Under the pieces are notes generated by a model. That model made no database searches and had not been told where the DNA came from. It was given only the letters and a program-made list of their open reading frames with translations. 62,303 nucleotides of DNA from Chara braunii (Eukaryota > Plantae > Charophyceae), in NCBI GenBank assembly GCA_003427395.1, contig BFEA01000026.1, positions 3,375,435-3,437,737 of the forward strand. Reading direction: 5' to 3'. A program made the position numbers and the translations under genes. This document shows, piece by piece, positions 9,900 to 23,600 of the stretch (its first letter is position 1; each line of letters opens with the position of its first letter).

Positions 9900-11450
9900 T
9901 GCATTCCTAGGGGGTCAGGCCCGTATCAAAAAGTAAGTTGCCCATGGCCCGGACAAGGGCATGTGCAGTAAGTGTAAAGAGCCATTTGGCCATGCCTGTG
10001 TTCTAGGGCTATCTGAGTAAAATACCCCAACTTTTAGGGGCATTCCAACAGTTGTCCCTATTTCTGAAAAAATGGGGTGATAAAAGAAGCCCAAGGTAGT
10101 ACCCACCCCACAGATGGTCCCTATCTATTGGTTGGGAGCAGAGTGTGATGCTCAAAACCTCACGCCCTGCACTGCTTTCCTGGAGTTGACTCAAATGTGA
10201 AAAAAGGGCCTGGAAAGCGGCAAAGGGGGTGCGCCAAGGATTTATTGAAAATTGAGTGTGGAGACCCAAGACACAACCGAAATCTCCCGCGAGGTCCCAG
10301 ATATGGAGCAACGAGCAAGGAGGGAAAGAAGGAAAAGAACCCCTATTAAGTCAGGGTCGAAAGGGAGCAGGAACGCAGGTGGGCTCTCGGTTTTGCAAGA
10401 GGGGTTCGGCAGTGTTGCTCGCAGAGCTCAAAATCCAAGTTGGAGGGTTGCAGTCTCACTGCTTTCACCTTGAAGTCCATTTCCTAACCGTTCCGTACGG
10501 CAGCAATCACTGTATAAAATCCGGGGCCACTGGGGAGCAATTGTCGGCCACGGGATGGGAAGCAAAACGGAATAGGGAGAGAAATTAGCATCTATAATCA
10601 CAAAACCTGAATTGATGAATCCTGAATACCGTGTTTCTGACGGAAAATGATAAGGGCCGCTGATCTTGGCTACGGCTTCGCGTAAATCCCACTTGCAGAC
10701 ACATGTCCTATCCTCATTGTATGGGGAAGGTCGTGAGCGGGGATGTTAGAGAAGTCGGCGCCTTGATGATTCAGTCCACATGGCCGACACACATCCATCC
10801 ACCATTCACAAAACAGTGTGATCAGGCCCCATTTTTGGGAATCGCCCTCGCAGAGAAAATCAGGCAATACGATGTGACTTTTATGCCCGACGCTCCTCTA
10901 CAAAGGGGGATTACCAAGGAAACTAATGGATGATTTCAGCAAGAAGTTTTCAAAGAGACAATCACTAGTTTTTCAAAAGGACAAAATGGGATAAATTCCG
11001 AGAGGCAGCAACAAAGATAGCTACTTCATCCAGTCATTCACCAACAATCTAAACTAAAGATTCCATCACGATAAGAAAAAATCATTGAAGAAAAAAATAT
11101 ACGTATAAACATCCTATACGTTAATATCTGGTGGGCCTCATCCTTTCACAGTAACGAGAAGAGCAAAAATCTTCACGAGTTGAGCAGCTTCAAGGGGGTG
11201 CCCATTCCAAAAACCTTCGATCATTCGCAAATTTTACTTATACCCGCAGATAGGTCGTACTTCTAATCATGCGAGGGGGCATTCTTTCAAAAAGAACAGA
11301 GAACGACAACGGGGACGTTAGCTGACTGGAGTGCTTCATGTCCTTAGTCCGCGGAAGCACATTTAATCTACTAGTTACGATCCTTCTGCAAGTGGAAGAT
11401 TGTAACGGGAGAGTGACCAGTTCCACTGATTAAGGGGGTAGAGGATATCC
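9900..11450 (-). mobile_element. Highly decayed retroelement fragment, possibly Penelope-like
   Basis: 10675-10730 is clearly homologous to 35968-36020 (minus-strand peptides GHVSASGIYAK and GHVPASGTYAK). The assignment to Penelope-like elements is tentative and the boundaries are approximate. Confidence 0.35.
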
Positions 11451-11761
11451 TCCAAAAAAGATCCTAACTACTTCGAGAAGATAAAAAAGAACCAGTAACC
11501 ATTCATTCATCCATCATCTACACGTTCATACCTTCGTTCTGCAAAGAACTAGAAAGGAGAGAAAACACATCAGCAGCCGATAAAGACATTCATCCAACTG
11601 GCCAGCCTTCGCCGATGCTCTTGTTTTGAAGATCAACACCCAATAGAATCATGAAAACGAGAGAGCGGGGCAAGAGGCAGGACTTGACATTCAGTTACAC
11701 ACGTGCAATCACCGTGAGTCATGCACGCGCAATCACCATTCACTCATGCATGCATCCAAAC

Positions 11762-11845
<84 letters not shown>

Positions 11846-13281
11846 TACATTCATTTGTTTGAGAAGGGAAACTAGTGTCTCGCCATGCAACTTCACTCCA
11901 GATATTAGATGAGAAATCAGAAAAAGAAGAAACAAAACTTTCCACACTCGAGCTATGGCCCTAGACCAGCCAACCATCCGTCAACACGCTTCACGTCGCT
12001 TGAGTATTGACGAACCATGTCGCCACTTACTCACGCTAAACCACAGTGATCCTCACCCCGTCTACTCAACTACTACGCAGATTCGCCCAAATCCTACAGT
12101 CCGTAGCAGCGATCCAGCGTGCAATCCCGCAAAGTTGCATCCGACTTGTCACGACTTTTCGACTCGGTGATTACAGCCTCATCTAGCCACTACTCCAACG
12201 GAGTTGGCAAACACATTGCGAGAGAGAGAACAAAAACGACGCACTTGCAAAATTTATAGTTGTGAAAAAGACAAAAAAAAAGTGGTGATGAGGGAAAGAA
12301 GAGGGGAAGGAGGAGAGAAGGGGAAGCACGTGGGAGGGTTGTGTCGATCCAGTCATAACACTTTGTAGCCACCTTTCACACTGTCTGACTTCTACGATTA
12401 CTTAGGGGATCGGTAAGTCTCTCTCTCGTATAAACGAAAACAAAAAAGGAGGTTACACAAAGTAGTATGAAGCAAAACCAAGATTCAACGGGATAAAGAA
12501 GAAAAAAAAAAGGCGCGAAGGGAGAAAGAAGAAGACAATTACAAGTTGTTGATGGTGGCGCAAGGAAATGGGTTGGGTGAGCGAGGAAACATTGCATGCC
12601 AGAGCATGGTGCAAAGAGATGTATTCGCATAAAAATAAAAATGCACCAAAACAGTTATGCGAAATGTTAGTGAAGTTGGACTTAATTCCTCAAGCTGAAT
12701 AGCGAATGAAAATTACTCGCTCAAATTCCTACATCACTTCCTACTCTGTTATCCATCAACAAAATTTCACAAGGCTGACAAGGACGTCTCTGAAATTTAC
12801 ATGTATAAAGAAAAAAACATAGCAAAGTATCCCAGTCGACACCCATGATCTTTGAAATTTGAAACCTCAAAGAAAAGAAATTACGAACGTACTCGTTAAG
12901 GTGTGCGTAAATCCTAAGTGAAAATCACAACAAAGTACAAGGACAATTTCGAAAGTTGCAAAAATGAAAGGAAAGGATTAACCGACATATCTCATCTATG
13001 GAAGGTCATTTAAGACAAGCCATGTGGATTGCGAGGAGCTTGGAAAATCAAAATGACGACTCCATATCGATCGAGACAACCTGAACCCCGACATGACTGC
13101 TTGGCAGGAATGCGATATGGACCAGGTAGAGGAACAAAAACTGGATTAGATCGAATATGACCGTCGAAAAAACATCATAAAAAAGAGGAAAGGGACCAGG
13201 AACCCGTTCATGCACGTAAGCTCGCGCGTCACGTAAAGAAAAATAAAAAAATTACTATGTGATATTTCACTTCGCCATGAC

Positions 13282-14260
13282 TTTTTTTTTTTTTTTATAC
13301 AAAAGCTCATGACTTTACGTGGGGAACATCATGTGCTGGGAATCGGACCCAACATCCCATATGAAGATATGAAGAACATTTGAAGTACCAGGCCATTATT
13401 CAACTTCAACTAAGAAACCATTAAAGAAAAGCATGGAGAGAATCGTACGACTAACTTTATTGAGCAATCTCCTCATGGAGTAAATACTAGACCATTGAGG
13501 ACTATAAGAAAATCACAAATCTTATGTATTAAAACAACAAGATAATGTCTGTGAAAAATTTGTAAAGTCCAGAACCTAACTTCCAGATACCACGAGGTTG
13601 CCCAAACCTACACTTACCTCAACCTTCCTGTCCTCACTACCAGGACCCTACCAGGCCTCACACTCCCAACTGTTAGGTTTATAAGGCGGCGCAACTCACC
13701 TTAGAACCCCCCCCATCCGCTAGGCTACAGGGTAGAGCGATCCACTCCGTCTCCGACCAGCATAGTCTTCATAACATTCCGAGATGGCCAGTATAATGCT
13801 TTCCTCCCTCGAGAATTCCTCAGATCTCTCTACCAAGCTTCATGCCCCTGCCACGCTAAGTTCCAGGTCAGCACAAGCAAGCCCTGACACAGGGCAACGT
13901 CGTTCTGGGCCTTCTGGCCTCGACCATTCATATGCCTAAGAGTGAGATGATATCAGCACAGCGTCCACCAAGCCACCAAGCACCACCGTAGTCACATATC
14001 CGGAATGTAGGCTTTGACCAACTTCAACACCCATGGTCACCCACCAATCCTCTATCCCTACTCCAACAATATTTACTACATCAGAGCCACCATCTCCACT
14101 GTTGATATACCCTATTCCAATCCTATTGGCTAGCCCCCTTCACCAGTAGGATGTGTGATCTTCTTCATACATACCCTTCTTAGCCAACAGGCACTCACCC
14201 CCACTTGTGTGACCCCAACAAAAGGAGGTAAGTTGGGTAAAACAACCTCCTCAAACCAAA
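13282..14260 (-). mobile_element. L1-type LINE 3' fragment (decayed)
   Basis: Poly(T) at 13282-13296 (poly-A tail on minus), shared 3' stem-loop motif at about 13321-13360, and interior similar to 38200-38960 (tcagagccaccatctcc, ctccgaccagc, caaccagcgtcgttctgg-like blocks). Confidence 0.55.
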
Positions 14261-16135
14261 CCCTCGTGTGCTTTCGACTAACAAGTATAGACCAAGAACA
14301 ATCAAGCACAACAACCCTGCATCCGTCATCGAAAGGAAAAAACTCTGGCTAATTTGGGTGAAGTTAGTTGGCAGTAGCCGGTACTCGGCGATATACTCGC
14401 CGACAATTGCATCCAGTACTCGACTCCTCTATCCAAATCCCTTCCATCCTTCCAAACACCGTCCTTGTAAAGAGTTTCAGGAAACCTATCTCAGCAAGGG
14501 GCAAACACCATCATCAACCTGAAATCCCTCGCCCCCACAAGGATTCCAGCCTCCATCCCCAAAGAGGCGAACCAACACTGCCCAATGCCAATCGCACTAG
14601 AGTTTGTGCTCATCAACCGGTATCCATCAAGCAGCCTAAACTACCCAATGCCAATCGCATGTGATGAAAACTCCCCTCAGCCGGTACCTGCCAGACGAGC
14701 TTGCTCCACTCCTCCTCTCTGTCCTCGCAGAGAATCATGCCCCTTGCCCCCGCCTCAAGCAGTCCCAAAAACTCAACAACACTCCACTTGATTGTCCCTA
14801 TCAAAACCCACACTTGAAGCAAAACCAAAATAAAAGAGAAGAATTATCAATAATTACTTAATAATTATTCACCAAGAGAAAACTACGAGATTAAGATCAG
14901 AAAATTGCCTTTTGATCTCATTTATTTACCATGGCCTTAGGTCCCTACTGCGACTAATCTTTTAGTTTGTTATTGTGGACAATCAATGGCTAAACAGAAG
15001 AAGCAGCGCTCAAAATAGAAATTGCGTGAATGAATTGTATAAAGTTGTGATAGAGGAGTTGTTGAGGATATGATCCACTATCTCCTCTCTTGTGACAATG
15101 CCAAGGAATTTCGGCCCAAAATGACCGCCTTTTGGGAGACAATTGCCGACAAACCTTTCTTGGGGACCAAGTCCCACTTACATTGCTTCTTCATTTCTGA
15201 CTATTGATCTTTGTAATCTACAAAATTTGAGGATTCGAGTAAGTGGGACTTGGCCCCAAGAGACCACCTCACAATACTTAAGACTTGCACTCCCCTCGGG
15301 ATACAGTGCATGGGAGCACGAGTTGTTTCAAAGACTATGCACATACGCGTTATGACTGACATGGATGTGTAGGTGCCGGTCCTTATAAAATGGAAAAACT
15401 TTATGCAATATTTGAAAGTGGAATACCATATTGATTATGTGCGTAACAAGTGAGCAATAAAGAATAACCCAGGATAAAAAAAAACATTATGCAGAAATTC
15501 ATCAAGGGATACCGGGCTCCGTTAAAATAGGAAAATTGCCAGAGAATTGGTGAACTTTAAATGGACCTAAATCCATCCATTGATGTATAAGCACAACCGC
15601 AAAAAGGATGATACCTACTTCTGAAGCTCCCCCACTGCCAAAATGTTATGCATCGACCAACCATGATTGTTGCTCCCTTAAATGGTGACAAGCAGGAGGA
15701 GGCGGATGAGAGAGAGTGCCACAAAGACGAACATGTGGGTTCAACCGCCAACAACATCTGTGTTGAGACGTATCATGATCGCTGGTGAGGATGTGTCACA
15801 TAGATGCCAAGCAATCAAGAATGGTGTCAAGCAATCAGGTTTGACTCCTTATTCAGGGTGGACTTCCAGTTCTACCAGATTACACTCCAGATGTGGCAAG
15901 CAACTGGAAGAAAACAAACATTTTGAAGGGATGTTGTATTTGGGTTCCAACAATCCTCTTTTCTCTTGGGACCAAAACGTCGACCCGTTGTCCTAACACC
16001 TATATCACTGGTCATAATACCCATAGACTAGGTTCGACTGTTTGGCTACACTATCATATCATTTCACAACCTGGCAATCAGTCCTTTGGGGTCTCCCAGA
16101 GCAATCATGGTTGTTGAATGCTATAAGGCACCAAC

Positions 16136-16398
16136 CAGTGGTTAACGGAGTAAAAATGCTGAAATTTTGGACCTCCATTGACCACCTCTCCATCTGCAAG
16201 AAAAGTCCATGTTGCTTTTGTCGATGTCGGCGAAGTAACTATTGTCAAAAGTTGTGCAGGTGTACTTCGATAGTTCAAAAGCAAACACAATGGTGGGGTA
16301 TGTAGCACTCCATCCCTCACAATCAGACTGAACATGGAGTTGTCGTGCAGATGGAGAGGTGGTCGATGGAGGTCCAAAATTTCAATTGTTAACCATTG
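16136..16398. mobile_element. MITE-like foldback element
   Basis: Outer inverted repeat cagtggttaac/gttaaccattg. Inner 39-bp inverted repeat tgaaattttggacctccattgaccacctctccatctgca (16160-16198) versus 16346-16384. Confidence 0.75.
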
Positions 16399-16849
16399 GC
16401 GTCTTCGAGGGCGGGTGTGGGAGGTGATACGAGCATCCCCCCGTAGCCCCCTTAAAGAGCGCTACTAAACTGGGTCCAACGGTCGCTTTTTACAATCATC
16501 ACCCAAACTATACTCAAAGTTTATCCGGGGTCATTACCCAACTTTGGCTACCTTCGGAAGTTATATGAGGTTAGAACCCATATCCCATACCTAGTTCATT
16601 GATCTTTCCATCGCCCCATGGGTAGGGCCTGAGGGGTAGAGGGACATCATGTCCCTCCTGGATCCGCCCACGGGGGCGAGGACTCGTAATCCGTACCACG
16701 ACCTTTCCACCATCATTTTGTCGTGTACGGGGAAAGGGGTTGGGAAAAACCTAGTGATCTTAATGAGAATTCTACATCGTTGCAGGTCAAGTTATTGAAG
16801 GGCATGCAATAGTTTCTTTTACTCCTCCCCAATTCGTTGTCTCCTCTGT

Positions 16850-17650
16850 CCCTTAACACTCCACTTTTACCACCCATCCCCCTGTGCCTCCCCCCAACCA
16901 TTCCTCGCAGAAGGTGGCGATCTCCTTTCTGATGTCCGCTGGCGTGTGTAGCGTTCTCAGGTTCCTTTCAACAACCCCCCATCTGGCCAGGATTTGATTA
17001 TGAACCTGTTGTTTAATCTGCTCCCTCACCTCGTTCCACTCCACCCAAACATCCTCCCACACGAGGACGTACATGCGCCACAACGATGCCCAAAGTACCA
17101 CTCTTCTGGCCACCATGAATATATTACCTATGAACCCGCTTTCTTGGCTCTTTGGCCAATATCCCCCTAGAATGGCTCACCACTCCCATGGCTAGTGGCA
17201 TCCCCCAATCATCCTCCTCCATATTCGGTCCCACCACTTCCATGTAAACACTGTCATGAAACATTGTAGATATGTGATAAATTGTTCTATTATTTTCCGT
17301 AAGGGAAACATTGGCGGACAACCCTCACAATAGGGGCTGGCGATGCCCTTTTGTTGCAGGGAGGTATTGCCGATCAACCATCCGTTTGTGATCAACCACC
17401 TGTGTACGATCTACGATGCCAACAAAGTTATTTTAGTTGACTTCTTCTTGGTATCCTGGAGCCATTTGATCGATTTGAAATGCTTTACCCACCGCTCGAT
17501 AATCATATCCCACAAATTTTGTACACGACTTCTACATTCATATTCCCCAATGATCGCCTTTTGCGGGCACAAATTGACTAGTATGGTTGTAATGCCCACT
17601 GCTCCTTTCCTTTCCTCACCACCCAAACTCAATAAGCTGTGTATCTTTTG
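16850..17650 (-). mobile_element. L1-type LINE ORF2 3' fragment (zf-RVT/C-terminal region), frameshifted
   Basis: Minus-strand peptides include W..TNGWL..TSLQQKGIASPYCEGC and RRVVLWASLWRMY. These are similar to the LINE peptides at 42505-43733. Confidence 0.7.
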
Positions 17651-17659
17651 AATGGAGAA

Positions 17660-20600
17660 CGGACGAAATTCAACGACCGTTCATCCGTTTAACGGGCCCC
17701 AAGACCCCCGTTAAATCATGTTTAACGCAAAAACGGGGGCTTGGCGTTGAATTCCGAAAAACGGAATTCTCGCTTTGGGCCTCGGACACGTGTGCCTACG
17801 TGCCCGAACACTTAAACCTGAAAAAAAAAATAAAAAAATTCACCCCCCTTTGACACCCCCCCCCCAACACTCCTAAAGGACCGAAAAACCCCTATCTGAC
17901 CCAGAACACACCACCCGACCCCTCCCCCCAACCTGCACATTCCCACCACGACCCCCAACNNNNNNNNNNNNNNNNNNNNNNNNNNNNNNNNNNNNNNNNN
18001 NNNNNNNNNNNNNNNNNNNNNNNNNNNNNNNNNNNNNNNNNNNNNNNNNNNNNNNNNNNNNNNNNNNNNNNNNNNNNNNNNNNNNNNNNNNNNNNNNNNN
18101 NNNNNNNNNNNNNNNNNNNNNNNNNNNNNNNNNNNNNNNNNNNNNNNNNNNNNNNNNNNNNNNNNNNNNNNNNNNNNNNNNNNNNNNNNNNNNNNNNNNN
18201 NNNNNNNNNNNNNNNNNNNNNNNNNNNNNNNNNNNNNNNNNNNNNNNNNNNNNNNNNNNNNNNNNNNNNNNNNNNNNNNNNNNNNNNNNNNNNNNNNNNN
18301 NNNNNNNNNNNNNNNNNNNNNNNNNNNNNNNNNNNNNNNNNNNNNNNNNNNNNNNNNNNNNNNNNNNNNNNNNNNNNNNNNNNNNNNNNNNNNNNNNNNN
18401 NNNNNNNNNNNNNNNNNNNNNNNNNNNNNNNNNNNNNNNNNNNNNNNNNNNNNNNNNNNNNNNNNNNNNNNNNNNNNNNACACACCGACAATAAAATGGG
18501 CAGGCAAAGTGCATCACTCGTAACAGAAAATGTAATGTACATGAAAAGTCATGAACGATGCGAAGTACCTGACAGGCTGACACTAATATCACACATGCAA
18601 ATGCAACATGNTACAATGTATCNTACAGGCTACTNCTAATGCACTGGNNCCACATGTCGAAAAAAATACAAGAAACAATAGTCTACAAGTCGTGTCGTAG
18701 CTGCCTAAATGATACAAGAAAAAAAAAAAAATGTACAGTCTGAACTCAGTAGTGTGCAACCGACGGCACTCTACGAACACCCTACTCAACCTACTGGCAC
18801 CAAAATCATACTCTACGAACACCCTACTGCTACCAAAATCATACACACCAACAAGTAAAGCACGCGCACAACCACTGAGTGTCTGACAATACTGAGACAA
18901 GACGAGACGACTCGGACTACCAAAACACTACAACCACACAACATGACGACGTACAGTGCGAGTAGGGGAGAAACGGAGTGTTGGCCTCATCGGTCAACGA
19001 CCCTTCTTCCCCTTCTCGCTGTGTCTCCTCGTGCCCCCTCGAGTGTCGGATGTCAACCTCTTCCTCCCTCGTGAGGATGAAGAAGTCCGTGCAGCGGAGC
19101 GTCTAGATGCACGCGTCGGTGGGGGTCCTGGGGAAGGTGGGGGCTCATCGTAGTCGTCGTCGTCACCATCGGAACCGCTCCTGCTATCCTCCTCTCCCTC
19201 CTCCTCGCCCTCGTAGTCCTTGTCCGCATCCCGCACAGCCGCATCTGTATCAGGATCATCCTCCTCGATGGTGACTGGGCCTCCTCCCTTCCTCAACACA
19301 ACAACCCTCGCACTAGCCTCTGCAATGGTCTGCTCACGGCGGGAACCACGAGGCATCCCCAACCCCTCCGCCCCCGAACTCTCTCCAAGTGCTGCGCCTC
19401 CCTCTGCAGGCACGGGGCGTGGACGAGGAGGTACTCCACGCTTGCGTGGAGTCCGCTCCTGCACGGCACGCATCGTTGCTCTCAGAGCGTACTCCAAGGT
19501 ATCGGTCGACACTCCTCTGCCACGACCTCGCTGAGGCTCACAACCCGATGCCGGTACCTCCCTCGCTGTGGTCGTCCTAGCGCCTCCTCCTCCCAAGCCC
19601 GGCTGAAGGCGTGCAGTGTGCTCCGTGACACGGCGGGTGGAATCCAAATGTATATCTGTCCTCCCGAATATCGTCATGTCACACACGTCCTGCTGAACTG
19701 CTGTCGTGTCACGAATCCTAGATCTCCAGGGCGTGTGTGGGGACCGAGAGCCTCTGCCTGTGGGTGACGATGATGGATCACCTGCAGGTGCTCTGGGAGG
19801 AGGGGGTGGCATGTCTCCTGTGCGTGGCGCTGTCTCCGTCACGCCGCCCGAAACCCCTGGAACATGTCCCGCGGTATGTCCTCCAGTGGAGGTAGACCCA
19901 GACCACACGGGCGACGCAGGACCCCATGGAACCGAAGGGATCGACTGCCACGGTGGGTGCTCGAGCTTCCGGTCGAAGATCCGCCGGTCCAAGCGAGTAA
20001 CATCGCGCACAGCCTCTCTCGCCAACTCCTCTGCATCCAAAGGACGACGGACCTCCTGCGGAGCAAAGTGGCTAGGAAGACGTGGGGGCACAACCACCGG
20101 CTCGGACCCCAAAACTGTGATAACGGGCGGTGGCACACCATGCACTGCCATCTGAACCGCCTGCGGCTATCAAGCCTGAGCCAAGTGCAGGCCCGAGAAC
20201 GGAATGACTTGACCCGTCGCTGTCTCCTGCCCCTCGCGTCGTGAGTCTATAGCCCCCTCGACTCGTCGCTGTCCTGCCTGCACTGCNNNNNNNNNNNNNN
20301 NNNNNNNNNNNNNNNNNNNNNNNNNNNNNNNNNNNNNNNNNNNNNNNNNNNNNNNNNNNNNNNNNNNNNNNNNNNNNNNNNNNNNNNNNNNNNNNNNNNN
20401 NNNNNNNNNNNNNNNNNNNNNNNNNNNNNNNNNNNNNNNNNNNNNNNNNNNNNNNNNNNNNNNNNNNNNNNNNNNNNNNNNNNNNNNNNNNNNNNNNNNN
20501 NNNNNNNNNNNNNNNNGTGGAAGGCCCACCGACAAATCCAAGTCTAAGTGGGTCCCCATCTCCGAATCTGAAATCCCAAACCCCCTCTCCACACCTGGGG

Positions 20601-23600
20601 TCATACCCGCTGTGGCCGGACCGAGTTCCTCCGTGAGGAACTGCTGCATGAGGTGCTCGTCATCGCCCCCACGCTGCACCTCGGCCTGTGCGGCTATCTC
20701 CTCCTCCACTGCAACTGCCGACGGTGCATCCTCCTCCTCCAGTGATGCTGCCACCTCAACCTCCACTGCTGCTGCTCCTCCACCTGCTCCTCTTGCTGTT
20801 GCCACCTGCCCCTCCACTGCTGCACCTCCTCCTGCCGCTGGTGGATCCTCCGCCAGCACTGATGCTGCCATCTCCTCTAGCACTGCTGATGCTGCTGCTG
20901 CTGCTATCTCCTCCACCGCGGCAGCGATCGTCGCGTCCGACACAGCCGCTGGTGCCATCGAGCTCTCCACTGCTGCTGCCGAAGGTCCCCCCTCCTCCTG
21001 CCCTATCCCCGGGGAAGGTGACCGTAACCTAAGCTGGCAGACTGCCCCGCCTCTGTGGAGAAGGCCTCGCTGAGGCAAAGAGGACCCCAACTCCTCCCTG
21101 TCCGGCTGAAGTGGCGAGACGGGCGATCGTGGTGCAGGACTCAGAGCAGGAGGTGGCGGCATGGACGAATCCCGCCTCGTCGGAGTGGGGGTCGTCGCCT
21201 GCGCCTCTGGGCCGCCCGTGGAAGCGACCTCACCGAAACTCCATGACGGGCTGCATGATATGGACGATGGTGGCCACCCTCTGCCACCATGGATCCCATC
21301 CGATCTGTCGGCGCACCCACCGCGCCATGATCCACACATCAGCGGACCACGGGCTGGAAGCAAAAACCCGCGCGTCGTCCCCTCGCATCATGTCCTGCAA
21401 AGTATCCTGCAGGGCCAACAGCCTCTCCAGCATGGAGTAAACAGACGTGAACCACGTCTCGCAAGAAAGAATAAGCCCCTTCTCCGGGCTGCGCGTCCTA
21501 AAAAAATGAAGGGCGGCCTGGTGGGCTTTGAAAAACACCACCAGCACACGAGCGCGTGTGATCGCGTCCACAAACACGTCGCAACTCGTCCCCATGTCTG
21601 ACAACAATTTGTTGCAGACATGGACGGAGCACGGGAGCCAAGTGATCCTCCTCAGTGCAGGAGGCATGGACGGCGAGGTCAATGCCCTCGCAGCCCCCAC
21701 ATAGGCAGAATCGGATTCAGTGCATATCGCATTGATCCGCTGCGGCCCGCCAAAGCTGAATTCGTGGAAGATGGTAACCCATCTGCCCACCATCTCCCCC
21801 GACCCCTCCCTCCGCCGGACGCCGCCCCGCCTCTCCTCCCCTTGAACCACCCGTGCCGGGCACATCGAGTCCGCGCTCCGTTGCATACCTCGACACCCTC
21901 TCCATCTGATCGGCCTCAAACTTCTGCCGAGTCCGTCGAGCAATCTCGTACAACGCCTCGTCGCTGACGTCCTTGCAGTAGTTTGTCTGCGAGAAGTGCC
22001 TCGTGGCGTGAAACAGGGTCCCTTGGAAAACTTTGTTGCAAAACGTGCAACGGAGCATCATGACCCCCTTGTTGTCGACCTTCTGGCCCACAACCAGGTA
22101 CGGATAGACAGGGGAGCGGGCCCTGAATGTGTCCTGCACATGGTCTGCGGCAGCCTCATGCTGACGGCGCTCTGACCTCCCCATGTCGATCACCCTCGCG
22201 AGACAACCCTCGCTGACTCCCCCCGACCGCACCGNNNNNNNNNNNNNNNNNNNNNNNNNNNNNNNNNNNNNNNNNNNNNNNNNNNNNNNNNNNNNNNNNN
22301 NNNNNNNNNNNNNNNNNNNNNNNNNNNNNNNNNNNNNNNNNNNNNNNNNNNNNNNNNNNNNNNNNNNNNNNNNNNNNNNNNNNNNNNNNNNNNNNNNNNN
22401 NNNNNNNNNNNNNNNNNNNNNNNNNNNNNNNNNNNNNNNNNNNNNNNNNNNNNNNNNNNNNNNNNNNNNNNNNNNNNNNNNNNNNNNNNNNNNNNNNNNN
22501 NNNNNNNNNNNNNNNNNNNNNNNNNNNNNNNNNNNNNNNNNNNNNNNNNNNNNNNNNNNNNNNNNNNNNNNNNNNNNNNNNNNNNNNNNNNNNNNNNNNN
22601 NNNNNNNNNNNNNNNNNNNNNNNNNNNNNNNNNNNNNNNNNNNNNNNNNNNNNNNNNNNNNNNNNNNNNNNNNNNNNNNNNNNNNNNNNNNNNNNNNNNN
22701 NNNNNNNNNNNNNNNNNNNNNNNNNNNNNNNNNNNNNNNNNNNNNNNNNNNNNNNNNNNNNNNNNNNNNNNNNNNNNNNNNNNNNNNNNNNNNNNNNNNN
22801 NNNNNNNNNNNNNNNNNNNNNNNNNNNNNNNNNNNNNNNNNNNNNNNNNNNNNNNNNNNNNNNNNNNNNNNNNNNNNNNNNNNNNNNNNNNNNNNNNNNN
22901 NNNNNNNNNNNNNNNNNNNNNNNNNNNNNNNNNNNNNNNNNNNNNNNNNNNNNNNNNNNNNNNNNNNNNNNNNNNNNNNNNNNNNNNNNNNNNNNNNNNN
23001 NNNNNNNNNNNNNNNNNNNNNNNNNNNNNNNNNNNNNNNNNNNNNNNNNNNNNNNNNNNNNNNNNNNNNNNNNNNNNNNNNNNNNNNNNNNNNNNNNNNN
23101 NNNNNNNNNNNNNNNNNNNNNNNNNNNNNNNNNNNNNNNNNNNNNNNNNNNNNNNNNNNNNNNNNNNNNNTCGTCCGCAGCGTTCGACGCAGGGGACACC
23201 CGTTTGACGGCGTTTGTCGCGTTGGAGCGGTATGGCTCGCGCGGCAAATGAAGTGTGGCTGAACGCGAGTACCGTTTTTGTACCCGTTCGGACCGTTTCC
23301 CCTGCGTCACCACCGCAGCAGGCACCCCGCGAACTCCCTGCAGGACGCAAATGGGTTCGCGATTTTTTTTTTTTTTCCAAAAAAAAAAAAAAAAAAAAAA
23401 GTGCATGGGGCGGTACCCGACAGCGGACACTACCACCCCACACTTTCAAAAAACCCCTACCCCCCCCCAAACGCGCGGAAACGCGGTTCGCGGACACCGT
23501 TCATTCGCGTCCAACGCGCATTTGAACGGGGATTGAACGTGAATTCAACGCGCGTTCAATTTTTCAACGCGAAACCCGCGTTGAATCGATTTTCGGACAC
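17660..23600 (-). mobile_element. hAT-superfamily DNA transposon, internally deleted and gapped
   Basis: BED-type finger LRCTFCNKVFQGTLFHATRHF (21717-22232). DUF659/RNase H-like transposase segment INAICTESDSAYVGA..ITWLPCSVHVCNKLLSD..LILSCETWFTSVYSMLERLL with CxxH (21230-21943). Low-complexity C-terminal ORFs. Subterminal TTCAACG/GTTGAA repeats at both ends. Exact termini and TSD not resolved. Confidence 0.8.

Noticed and set aside
15518-15546. Additional U6 5' remnant (tccgttaaaataggaaaattgccagagaa)
   Set aside because: The similarity is suggestive but too short and degenerate to list as a feature.
17812-23497. Long ORFs of 200-435 aa containing X runs
   Set aside because: Artefacts of translation through N gaps.
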